A DNA stretch of 64,000 nt from an uncultured Rhodothermales bacterium. Its GTDB lineage: Bacteria > Bacteroidota > Rhodothermia > Rhodothermales > Rubricoccaceae. The notes under the pieces were generated by a model. It was not told the DNA's origin. It saw nothing but the letters and a program-made list of their open reading frames with translations, and did not search any database. Every line of letters begins with the position of its first letter. Position 1 is the first letter of the stretch. Location: NCBI GenBank assembly GCA_964414235.1, contig CAYPVZ010000001.1:3317-67316 (forward strand), given 5' to 3'. Of the stretch, positions 48,462-57,303 are shown one piece after another. A program made the position numbers and the translations under genes.

Positions 48462-49454
48462 CTACACGAACAAATCGGTCTGGCCGTGGGCCTCGCGGCG
48501 CTGGCGGTCGGCACGGCGACGCGCGAGCGCTCGGTGTCGGGCGATCCCGCCCGGCTCCTCGATGCCTCCCGGTCCCGTGGTCGGCACGCGCAGCGTGGCC
48601 GCGAGCTCGTCGGGGTAGAGGTCGCCCGTCGCGATCCGCCAGAAGTCGCTCGGGCCGACGTAGTGCTCGATGAGGGCGAGCGTCGCCGGGTCGAGGGAGG
48701 CGAGGAACAGGTCCCGCTTGGTGGTGGCGTGGAAGCCCGAGGGCAGCGGTTCGACGTGCCCCTCAGGCTGGACGCTGTGCGTCGGCCGCCCGGGCTGGCC
48801 GTCGAGTCGGACGAGACGGGACGGGAGCCCGGCCAGCACGGCCTTGCGCTGGCGGCGCGCTCGCCGCGCCATGCCAACGGCGCTCCGTGCCTCGGGTGGG
48901 AGGAGCGCCTTGATCCACGTCCGGGCGAAGAACCCTCGGCTGGCGCGGGTCCGGGGGCTGTTGTTGACGAACCCGATGCGGCGCGGGTCGAGCTCCAGGT
49001 CGGGCTCGACGGCGCGGAAGTCTACCAGTTCTCCCATGCGGCTCCGCCCCCATCCGTAGCCGCTCACGGCCGCGGTGAAGGTGGCGATGTAGAGGCTCTC
49101 CGTCTCCCCTTCTCGGCCCGGACGGTGGCGGTAGACCGCGGCCACGAGCGGGTTGTCGGGGTCGCCGTCGGCCACGTCGGGGTGTGCGGACTCGGCCCGG
49201 TGCCAGACGTCGAACCGCTCGGCCAGGACGAAGGCGACGGCCTCGACGGCGAAAAGCTGGTCGGCGGGGTCGGTGTAGCCGCACGCCCCAGCGGCGGCAA
49301 GCGCACGGGCGCGAAGCGCCGGGAGCGCGAGCGTGGCTACGAAGGCGCGGGCCTGCGCCGGGGTGTGCTCGTAGCGATGCGAGAAGCCGCGGCACGCGCG
49401 GGTGAGCGCGTATACAAACCGGCTCCACGTGACTTTCTGGGTGTGCCTCCTCAT
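48462..49454 (-). CDS. Hypothetical protein ending in QTDLFV
   Basis: ATG at 49454 (MRRHTQKV), 5 nt after the previous stop. Confidence 0.6.
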   Translation of the reverse strand: MRRHTQKVTWSRFVYALTRACRGFSHRYEHTPAQARAFVATLALPALRARALAAAGACGYTDPADQLFAVEAVAFVLAERFDVWHRAESAHPDVADGDPDNPLVAAVYRHRPGREGETESLYIATFTAAVSGYGWGRSRMGELVDFRAVEPDLELDPRRIGFVNNSPRTRASRGFFARTWIKALLPPEARSAVGMARRARRQRKAVLAGLPSRLVRLDGQPGRPTHSVQPEGHVEPLPSGFHATTKRDLFLASLDPATLALIEHYVGPSDFWRIATGDLYPDELAATLRVPTTGPGGIEEPGGIARHRALARRRADRQRREAHGQTDLFV

Positions 49455-49459
49455 AGCGG

Positions 49460-49963
49460 CTACCGGAGTTGGCGGTCGGTGTAGTCCTCGACCTCCTCGG
49501 CCGAGAGGACCCGCCACGACGGCGAGACGAGGTTGCCCGACGACGAGAGCCGGAACGTAGCCCGGATGGTGAGCGGGCGGTCGGTGCCCTCTGCGCCGCA
49601 CGTCGGCGCAACGGCGAACCGGAACAAGAAGGCCAGCCGGGTGGGCGAGACACCGAGGTCGCGGCCGATGATCTCGGCGAGGTACTTCGCGTCCTCCGTG
49701 ATGGGCGCGCGGTTGCCCTCGCCCTGCACAAGGACGACGGTGTACGGGCGCTCGTCGCTGTCGTGGCGACTCGTATTGCCGTAGAGCGTGGCGGTGGCCG
49801 AGAGCGTGCCGCCGCCGTAGCTGCGCCACGTGAGCGGCTTGCTCTGCCACTCCTGGACGGTGGCGCTGGGTAGGGTGTAGGGCTGGTCGCGCTGAGCGGC
49901 GGCGGTGGGCGCGGCCAGGAGCGAGACGAGCGTGAGGGCGAGGAGGATGGCGAAGCGGGTCAT
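49460..49963 (-). CDS. Secreted hypothetical protein
   Basis: Signal peptide MTRFAILLALTLVSLLAAPTAAAQ. Confidence 0.6.
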   Translation of the reverse strand: MTRFAILLALTLVSLLAAPTAAAQRDQPYTLPSATVQEWQSKPLTWRSYGGGTLSATATLYGNTSRHDSDERPYTVVLVQGEGNRAPITEDAKYLAEIIGRDLGVSPTRLAFLFRFAVAPTCGAEGTDRPLTIRATFRLSSSGNLVSPSWRVLSAEEVEDYTDRQLR

Positions 49964-50017
49964 GGCGGCGGGCGGTTCGGTGTGTTGGAGGAGTGCCGGG
50001 ACGAGCGGGCGCATGGG

Positions 50018-50317
50018 TCAGTAGTCCGAGGGGAGGAGCACCGTCGTGGCGGAGCGGTCGGCCTCGGTGAGGATCCAAAGCTTGCCGCCCTTGGTCTCGT
50101 AGGCCGAGAGGACTCGGGTCCCGCCTTCGACCGAGCGGTCGTTGGCCTGGGCGTCGTGCTCGGAGACGTCGCCCCAGTCGCCGCTCGCGTGGCGGTGGAC
50201 GAGGGCGATCACGTCGAGCCCGTGCGTGCGGACGACGCCCAGCGCGCCGGGCGTAGCGACGACGTGCCCGAGCGGGAAGCGGGCGGTGCGTGTGCTCGCG
50301 GGAGCAGGTGCAGCCAT
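50018..50317 (-). CDS. Conserved plasmid/ICE small protein (GDWG family)
   Basis: FPLGHVVATPGA, RHASGDWGDV, LWILTEADRSATTVLLPSDY. Confidence 0.8.
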   Translation of the reverse strand: MAAPAPASTRTARFPLGHVVATPGALGVVRTHGLDVIALVHRHASGDWGDVSEHDAQANDRSVEGGTRVLSAYETKGGKLWILTEADRSATTVLLPSDY

Positions 50318-50416
50318 TGCAGTGGATAGGCTGGTTTGGAGGGGTCCCCCGGCGTGGGGGCGTTCGTCCCTCGACGCCCCCGTACCGGGAGAGCCCGGCG
50401 GCCTCGTCCCAGCCCC

Positions 50417-51244
50417 CTACACCAGCCCGCGCTCGGCCAGGCTCGTGTAGGACGGCGCTCCGTCGTCGCTCAAGTCCGTCAGGATGAGGTGGTCGTGGAC
50501 GGGGATGCCCATGACCTTGCCCGCCTCGACGAGCTGGCGCGTCACGGCCACGTCCTCCCGGCTCGGCTCCGGGTTGCCCGAGGGGTGGTTGTGCGCGAGG
50601 AGGATGGCCGCTGCGTTCGCCAGCACGGCGGCCTTGAACACCTGCCTCGGCTCGACGATGCTCGTTGCGAGCCCGCCGACGGACGCCACGTGGAGCCCGG
50701 TCAGCGTGTTGGCCGTGTCGAGGAAGGCGACGACGAACTCCTCGCGGTCGCGGTCGGAGAAGTACTCGGCGAGCACCGCCGCGGCGTCGGCGGGTGAGCG
50801 GACCTGGTCGCGCGTGGGGAACGTGAACGTCCGCTCGCGCACGAGCCGGGTCGTGTAGAGCGGGACGCCGGAGAACAGCGCGTCCCGGTAGGCGCCGTGG
50901 ACGGTGCCCTCGACCTGCGCCTGGGGCTGGCGGAGCGCGTGGGCAGGCTCTCGAACGACAGAATGAGGGCGATCTGCCAGAGGCTCAGGCACCGAGCCGT
51001 ACAGCACGGTTCGACGGGCGAACCACGGCGCGTCGGTCTCGACGCGGCGGAGACGACCGCGCGCGGCGAGGCGGCGCGCGTGGTACCGCTCGCGGCGGTC
51101 GAGCGCGGGCTGGGGCACGACGGGCGCGCCATCGTAGCGGTCGCCGCCTTCGGACATCCTGACCTCGATGTCGCGGAGCACGCGGAGATTGAGGGACGTG
51201 ACGCCGCCTGGGTGCGTCAGTCCATCCGGGTTCGGGGTCGCCAT
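50417..51244 (-). CDS. radC: RadC-like JAB-domain protein
   Basis: REEF, VEPRQVFKAA, AHNHPSGNPEPSRED, IPVHDHLI. Confidence 0.9.
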   Translation of the reverse strand: MATPNPDGLTHPGGVTSLNLRVLRDIEVRMSEGGDRYDGAPVVPQPALDRRERYHARRLAARGRLRRVETDAPWFARRTVLYGSVPEPLADRPHSVVREPAHALRQPQAQVEGTVHGAYRDALFSGVPLYTTRLVRERTFTFPTRDQVRSPADAAAVLAEYFSDRDREEFVVAFLDTANTLTGLHVASVGGLATSIVEPRQVFKAAVLANAAAILLAHNHPSGNPEPSREDVAVTRQLVEAGKVMGIPVHDHLILTDLSDDGAPSYTSLAERGLV

Positions 51245-51356
51245 GATGACTCAGCAGGCGCTCGGCCTGCGGGTCGCTCCGCACGGTCTCACGTCGCCCG
51301 CGGTGGGAGCGCCCCCGTCGGCCGACGCGCTCTCGCGGTCGGCGGGGGTGCTCTGA

Positions 51357-54278
51357 CTACCGTTTTACAAACCTCTCCAAGCTGTGTCTGAGACGTGAAT
51401 ACACGCCGATCCGCAGTGGCGGCCATGTGGGCCGCTGGTTGAGGGTGAGCGGGAACCCGACGTAGGGGCTCGCACCCGCCTCCTCGGCGAGCACTTGACC
51501 GTCTTCGAAAAGCGACACGACGCTACTATTGACGCGCTCGCCGAGAGTGGCATCAACGAACTCCCATGACGTGACGGGCGCCCACTCCGCATACCGGTTG
51601 TCCGGTCGAACTGGGGCTCGATTTGAGAGTGGTCCGACTACGAGGTGATACGGGAGGCCGTGGCCGACGGCATCGATGGCGGGCACGGCCGTCGGGAACG
51701 AGCGCTCTACGACCTCAACCATGATCCGGTACACGAGCTCGAGGTACTGGACAGCCCACGTGGTCTGAGCCGCGATCTCGGACGGTGCGAACCGAGAGCC
51801 GTCGGTGCGTCCGTCCAGCAATGTCCACGGAGGAGGAATCGGTGGGTCCAGAGTCGTCGCGTCGAGTCCTCGCTCGGCAAGCTCGCCGAGCGAGCGTTCC
51901 AGGTCGTGGACGGTCACGTCCACCCGCATCACGTTTATCTGGTGGGAGCGGAGGGCGCCTTTTCGTGGGTACTGACGCTTCCGAAGCTGGTTCAGCAATG
52001 CATCTGCGTCGATTGACGTGGGGATGGGCTCGCGCTTGCGCGTTTCCGCTTCGAAGAGCGCTACGGCTTGGTAATAGGCGCGCTCTTGAAGCAGAGGATC
52101 TGGATCCCACAAATCGCCACGGTGGCACGCCCGTTCGAGCTCCCGCCGAAACTTCCCGAGGGCCCGCCGCGCTGGAAGCCGAGGGATGCCCTCGTACATC
52201 GCTGTGCTGATGGATCGCGGTCTGTCCAACCGCCGGTCGACGTAGGTGTACTCCAGCGGGGTCTGGACTGAAACGTCCGGCTCACCAGGGCGCAGGGGCA
52301 CGAATCCCTTCTTGACGCCGACCCAGTGGGGAAGGTGGGACATGTCATTTCCGTCCACCCATAGCCCGATAGGCTCAGTCGTTTGGGGATCGAGAGCACG
52401 TCTTACCAGAGGCGTGTGCCGCTCGATGAGGCTTCGGTAGGATTCGAGATACCGTTGGAGTTGGGCGAGCGCTCGAGAGGGACCGTAGCCCTCGACACCG
52501 TCCAGCGCTGCGACGTGGTCAGCGTGCGATGTGAAGTGCCGCCCGTCGGGGCCTCGACGGTCCTTTTGAATGTCGAGCGCCTCGAAGGCTAGGGCGATAT
52601 CGAACGCAGAGAGATCGTCCCAGAACCGGTCCCACACGTCGGGATGGGCGACCTCCTCTTGGGGTCCACCCAGGGCGGCGGCGAAGCGGACGACTTCCTG
52701 CCTCGTCTCCGGGAGGCGCACCGTCCCGATGGGCGCGTGGGTGCGGACGAGTTCGCAGGCTGCGAAATATTCGTGCCACTGGTCGTGGCCAAACGTGTAG
52801 CGGAGACCGAGGCGGGGATCGGGCTCCGCTCGGAGGAGGTCGAGTTGGACGAACGGATCGGGGCTAGGCGGGCTGAGCCTCACATCCCCGCTGCTGTGGA
52901 GGTCGTCGCAGACGCTCTTGAATGCTCGGCGGACCTGCGTGGGCGACGCCCCGTAGGGGTCGTCCCGGTCTGAACTCCGTTCGAGAGCAAGAGCGCCGAG
53001 GAGGCGTCGGACTATTTCTGGATCGGTAAGGACGTCTGGAAGGTGAGACGCTTCACTCCGGAGCCGGGAGGTGAGGACCCGGCCGAAGAGGTCGGCTCGG
53101 TCACGGCCAAACGACCAAGCTTCACCCTCGTATGCCTCGATGAGGAACCGAAGTCCCATGGGGCGCGAAGCGAGCGCGTCCTCCGCCGTCAGATTGTACG
53201 GGAGGTGAGGATCCGACGACCACAGCGGCGCAAGTGCGTCCTTTTGCTCCTGGGTGAGGAGCGCCACCTCTCGAACTGGCAGCCCGAGGGCGTCGAGCTG
53301 GGTGGAGGGGCGACCACCGACGACAAAGCGCGTCCCGCATGATTGGTAATCGAGAAGCAGCTGGAGGGTGCGAGAGTTGACGCGATGCGCGTCGTCGAGC
53401 ACCACGAGAAGGCGTCCGGCGCCGAGGAGCCGTTGAGCTTCTGCCTCGGTTAGGGGCGGCTCGTCCGGTCGCCGAACGTTCAACGCATGAGCGATGAGAG
53501 CGTGCGGGGCGAGGTCGCGGGGCTCGACAAGGACGGGCACGACGCTTCCCTCGGCAAGACTCATCGCCGCCATCTGAGTAACGAGCCCGCGGAGCATCAC
53601 AGACTTGCCCGCCCCCGCCGGAGCCGTGACGATGAGGGCGGTCTCGCGGTCGAGAGCCTCTGCGAGCGTCTGGCGTTTCGGTCTCGACTCGTTCCGCCGG
53701 TCTCTCTGAGGAGGATTGACGACGTCAAGGGTTACGCTCGCGGCTTCGAGCGTCGCGACGTTACGGAGATACCCTTTCAGATCGGGCTCGCCTGGCGGCT
53801 GCGGGGTCGCTGTGCGCATGGCCCGGCCGATGACCCGTTCGAGGACGGGGATCGATGACAGAAAGAGCTTCGGGTGCTGCTCTTCCACCTCGGGGTGCAG
53901 GCCGATCAGGTTGTTGAGATCGTCCTGCCCGTAGACGTCGTCTTCGCGTGTAGCTGGGAATAGGGTCGCGACGTCCCGTTTGTTGGCGGGCGATAGCCCC
54001 ACGCTGGTCACGACGACGTAGCGCTCGGGCGCGAGTCGTTCGACTTTGAGTACCTCCTTCTTGAGATCCCGGAGGAGGGCGTGGAATCCGGACCTCGCGT
54101 ACTGCTTGCACTGCACGATCGTCGCCCCGTCATCGCTTCTGGCGTACCGGAGGTCAATTCCCTCATCGCGTCCAGGCTTGAACGATTCGAGCCGGATGCC
54201 CCACTCCGCCTGGAGGAGGTCACGCGCGAGATGCTCAAACTCTGTCGACGACAGCGTCTCGAAAGTGTATTCGGCCAT
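51357..54278 (-). CDS. Mrr-like endonuclease fused to NACHT/STAND NTPase; probable defence protein
   Basis: LSSTEFEHLARDLL...GRDEGIDLR...IVQCKQY; APAGAGKS; LLVVLDD; FGHDQWHEYFAA; ATG at 54278. Confidence 0.82.
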   Translation of the reverse strand: MAEYTFETLSSTEFEHLARDLLQAEWGIRLESFKPGRDEGIDLRYARSDDGATIVQCKQYARSGFHALLRDLKKEVLKVERLAPERYVVVTSVGLSPANKRDVATLFPATREDDVYGQDDLNNLIGLHPEVEEQHPKLFLSSIPVLERVIGRAMRTATPQPPGEPDLKGYLRNVATLEAASVTLDVVNPPQRDRRNESRPKRQTLAEALDRETALIVTAPAGAGKSVMLRGLVTQMAAMSLAEGSVVPVLVEPRDLAPHALIAHALNVRRPDEPPLTEAEAQRLLGAGRLLVVLDDAHRVNSRTLQLLLDYQSCGTRFVVGGRPSTQLDALGLPVREVALLTQEQKDALAPLWSSDPHLPYNLTAEDALASRPMGLRFLIEAYEGEAWSFGRDRADLFGRVLTSRLRSEASHLPDVLTDPEIVRRLLGALALERSSDRDDPYGASPTQVRRAFKSVCDDLHSSGDVRLSPPSPDPFVQLDLLRAEPDPRLGLRYTFGHDQWHEYFAACELVRTHAPIGTVRLPETRQEVVRFAAALGGPQEEVAHPDVWDRFWDDLSAFDIALAFEALDIQKDRRGPDGRHFTSHADHVAALDGVEGYGPSRALAQLQRYLESYRSLIERHTPLVRRALDPQTTEPIGLWVDGNDMSHLPHWVGVKKGFVPLRPGEPDVSVQTPLEYTYVDRRLDRPRSISTAMYEGIPRLPARRALGKFRRELERACHRGDLWDPDPLLQERAYYQAVALFEAETRKREPIPTSIDADALLNQLRKRQYPRKGALRSHQINVMRVDVTVHDLERSLGELAERGLDATTLDPPIPPPWTLLDGRTDGSRFAPSEIAAQTTWAVQYLELVYRIMVEVVERSFPTAVPAIDAVGHGLPYHLVVGPLSNRAPVRPDNRYAEWAPVTSWEFVDATLGERVNSSVVSLFEDGQVLAEEAGASPYVGFPLTLNQRPTWPPLRIGVYSRLRHSLERFVKR

Positions 54279-54400
54279 TGGGAGGCGCGCGTGAGCGGCC
54301 GACTGCAAGTAGAACGGAAAGGGGTTGTCAGTTTAGAACCCGGCGAGTCGAGCAGTCGCTCCTCGCCCAGCGGCGAAGCCCTCGCAGCCCTCGTTGGAGC

Positions 54401-54436
54401 AGAAAGAAGCCCGGCGACCACGTGAGTCGCCGGGCT
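54401..54436 (-). terminator. Intrinsic terminator (minus strand)
   Basis: Stem AGCCCGGCGAC 54408-54418 / GTCGCCGGGCT 54426-54436 followed on the minus strand by TCTTTCT. Confidence 0.6.
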
Positions 54437-54455
54437 GCGAGGCTTGCGCCTCGGG

Positions 54456-55157
54456 CTACTCGTCCCAGTCGGTCTCTTCGTACGCATCGGTGCAGTAGAG
54501 GAACTCGCCATAGCCGGTCCCCGGCGCGACGGTGTCTCGGTACGTGGCCCGGTAGGCGTACGGGCTCTCGTCGGCGACGGCGTGCGCCTCAGCCCAAGCC
54601 TTCCGGTCGTCGGCCCAGTCGAGCCACGCCGCCGCGGCCTCGTGCGCCCGGCTGATCGCGACGTGGACTTCACCGCCGCCACCGTCGGCGGTGGCCTGGC
54701 CTCCGGTGACGTGGTACCGGAGGACGGGACCCGTCCCGTAGGCGTCCGTCTCCAAGCGGATGAGCGGTGCGACCCAGAGGGCGTCTTCCGGCGGGAGCTT
54801 GCCCAGCAGGTGCTTCTCGGTGTGCGTGCCCGTCCGGTCGGCGACTTCGAGGAAGAGATGGACCTCGTCGGCGGTCGCATCGTCGGGATCTACTTGGGCA
54901 ATGCGGGCGACCAGCTCCGGGTACGTGTCTCCGCCAGAGGCTCGGGCCGCGAGCCGGGCCAGCCCGGCGGCCGTGGGGTCTTGGAGCCGTGACGGAAGGA
55001 TGAGCGCCCGGCTCCGGAGCCCGAAGCTCGCTCGCAGGGCGTCTTCCTTCATGAGGTGCGGATGGAACTGGGGGCAGGACGCGCGGCGGAGCCAGCAGGC
55101 GAACCGGTACCAGGTACGGGCTTGAGCGTAGTGCGGACGGGAGTACGTGCGGGGCAT
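54456..55157 (-). CDS. Hypothetical protein
   Basis: ORF between a folded spacer and a terminator; start may be 55052. Confidence 0.55.
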   Translation of the reverse strand: MPRTYSRPHYAQARTWYRFACWLRRASCPQFHPHLMKEDALRASFGLRSRALILPSRLQDPTAAGLARLAARASGGDTYPELVARIAQVDPDDATADEVHLFLEVADRTGTHTEKHLLGKLPPEDALWVAPLIRLETDAYGTGPVLRYHVTGGQATADGGGGEVHVAISRAHEAAAAWLDWADDRKAWAEAHAVADESPYAYRATYRDTVAPGTGYGEFLYCTDAYEETDWDE

Positions 55158-55220
55158 AACGGGACCTCTTGGGATCGTGAGGACCGCTGTGCCCGAGGAC
55201 CCGAGTGGCCCCCGCTAGCC

Positions 55221-55428
55221 AGCGGCTTAAAAAGCCAGCAGGCGTAAGGCCGGACAGCGCGGCTTGCCCGCGCGGTTGAGTCAAGGTGGAGCGCCCTCGC
55301 GCGGAGGGACCGTCGGGCAAATCGGTGGGGCGCGCACGCGTCCCATTCCGATTTGGTCGTCGCAGCGCGAGCACGGGGTCGACGACCTTGACGCTGTCCG
55401 GCCGTCGCCTAGCTTGCTGAAAACCGCT
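55221..55428. promoter_or_regulatory. Large fold-back element (Frpo/ssi-like ssDNA promoter candidate)
   Basis: GGCCGGACAGCG 55248-55259 pairs with 55392-55403; GTCAAGGT 55280-55287 pairs with ACCTTGAC 55385-55392; several internal hairpins. Confidence 0.55.
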
Positions 55429-55553
55429 GCCACCACCCCGCCCCCCCCTCCCGGCGGCGGGGAGTCGGTGCCGGGAGGGCAGCACGTCGGCGCCCCGCGC
55501 CGTCCGCTTCGCATTCCCCGCCAGAGGCCCTGGAGCCTCCAGCGGGGAGTACC

Positions 55554-56504
55554 TCAGCGGGTCCGCGCGTGCTCGACCCACTTCCGGACGTCGGCCGCGC
55601 GGAGGACGCCGCCCGCTGGGGGCACGCGGCCGATCACCTCGTGCTTGAACGGCTGGTAGAGCGCGTCCGCCGTCGGCTCGTCTGCCAGCGCGAAGAGGAT
55701 GCTCCGCGCGAGGTCGGCCGGGCCGGAGCCTCCGTATCCCCATTCGATGCCGGTCGGTGAGTGCCGAGCGACGTGGGGGACTGAGGCGTGGGCCTCGCCT
55801 TCCAGCGTGCGCCAGAGGACGATGTCGTCCGGATCCCCTTTCAGGGATGCGTGCTCGGGGAGAACGGGGACTCGGGCCGGGGCGGTTCGGGCGCGAGACT
55901 CGTCCGGCACGACGAGCCGGAGCGGGCTGTGCACGGAGGGCGCGCCGTCTCCGCCGTGAGAAGCATCTGACCGTCTCGCCAGGGCGTCCCCGACGTGTCC
56001 GAAGGCGACGTTGCACCCGAGTCGGTAGCCGCGCTCTCCCCTCCCGGTCACGCGGGAGAGGTAGACGGCGAGCCCGAACGCCACGAGCGGCCGGACCCAG
56101 CCGAGGTGCTTGGGCTGGACGCGGCCGAGCACGCGGGAGTTGTGCGAGACGACGAGGTGGTCGCCACGGGCGTCGAGGTCGAGGGCGAGCCAGGTCGCGT
56201 CAGGATCTGCGGAGAGTGCCCGGAGAGCGGCCTGGTGGCGCGAAGTGCCGACGAGCTTCGAGGGGACGGCGAAGGACGAGGCCCGGTGGTGGACGCTGAA
56301 CGCACAGGCGTCGAAGGCCTTCGTGTCCAGCGTGTCCGGCTGCATCCGGGAGCGGTCGCCCGCGAATGCGCGCCAGGAGCGGGCCTGGCGGGCGATCTGA
56401 CGGGCACGGACGTCGGCTTCCGGGATGAGCGTGCCGGCCTGGGTGACGTGGTTGCCGCCATGGGTGGCGGAGGAGACCGAGCGGGCGTGAGCAGGGCGTG
56501 TCAT
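55554..56504 (-). CDS. Protein with HIRAN-like region and C-terminal DUF6166-like domain
   Basis: KLVGTSRHQ...LGRVQPK; RHSPTGIEWGYGGSGPADLARSIL...YQPFK; ATG at 56504. Confidence 0.65.
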   Translation of the reverse strand: MTRPAHARSVSSATHGGNHVTQAGTLIPEADVRARQIARQARSWRAFAGDRSRMQPDTLDTKAFDACAFSVHHRASSFAVPSKLVGTSRHQAALRALSADPDATWLALDLDARGDHLVVSHNSRVLGRVQPKHLGWVRPLVAFGLAVYLSRVTGRGERGYRLGCNVAFGHVGDALARRSDASHGGDGAPSVHSPLRLVVPDESRARTAPARVPVLPEHASLKGDPDDIVLWRTLEGEAHASVPHVARHSPTGIEWGYGGSGPADLARSILFALADEPTADALYQPFKHEVIGRVPPAGGVLRAADVRKWVEHARTR

Positions 56505-56710
56505 CGGGATCGGGGGTTGGTGCGGCGCGGTGGCCGCGTCGGTGAGGGCGCGTGAGGCGGAGCCTCTGGCGCCTCCGCGAGGAGTCGCGGAGCGTGCGCC
56601 CGGAGGGCGCTCGCATGGCGAGGCCCGGCCCCCTCTCCGCTGGCGGGTGGGGGACCGGGCCTCGTGTCGGTGCTGCATCGCGGGGATGCAGCGGCGGGCT
56701 AGGGGAGGGG

Positions 56711-57220
56711 TCAGAACGGCATCCAGTCGTCGACCTCGACCGCCTCGGTTGACGGCTGGACCGGCTCCGGGTCAGGCTCAGGAACAGGGCCGTAGGCGTC
56801 GAGCGCGGCTTCCGCGCGCGCATGGGCCTCGGGGTCGGCCATGGCCGACGGCAGGCCCGCCCCCGCGTCGTCGTATCCCGCGAGGTAGGCCTCCAGCTCG
56901 TAGCCGTAGAGCCGCTCGAACCACCGGGCGTAGGCCCAGGCGCTCGCGTGGCGGTGCCGCCAGGTGAGCTCGGCGAATCGGAGCGGCGTCATGTGGTGGA
57001 TGAGCCGCTTCGCTTCGGCGTCCCACACGGCGCGCGAGCCCGTTTGGTAGACCCATTCGGTCATCGGGCGCTCGCAGTACCCGTCGGCGAGGCAGGCCTC
57101 GTAGCCCGCTTCGTAGGACGCCTCATCATGGGCGTCGTGGTCCGGTTCGGGAAGGCACCGGCAGAGCAGTCGGTTGCAGCCGTGGCAGAAGTCGCCGGGG
57201 CCGGGCATGGATCTCGACAT
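56711..57220 (-). CDS. Hypothetical protein with Cys cluster and SSB-like acidic tail
   Basis: FCHGCNRLLCRC; ends EVDDWMPF; ATG at 57220. Confidence 0.6.
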   Translation of the reverse strand: MSRSMPGPGDFCHGCNRLLCRCLPEPDHDAHDEASYEAGYEACLADGYCERPMTEWVYQTGSRAVWDAEAKRLIHHMTPLRFAELTWRHRHASAWAYARWFERLYGYELEAYLAGYDDAGAGLPSAMADPEAHARAEAALDAYGPVPEPDPEPVQPSTEAVEVDDWMPF

Positions 57221-57303
57221 GGGTCTCGGATCGGGTTTCCGAGCGGCCTCCAGCCGGGTGCCGGGGCCGCTCCTCACCCGAGGGGAGCGGCCTCCCGGTG
57301 CCG

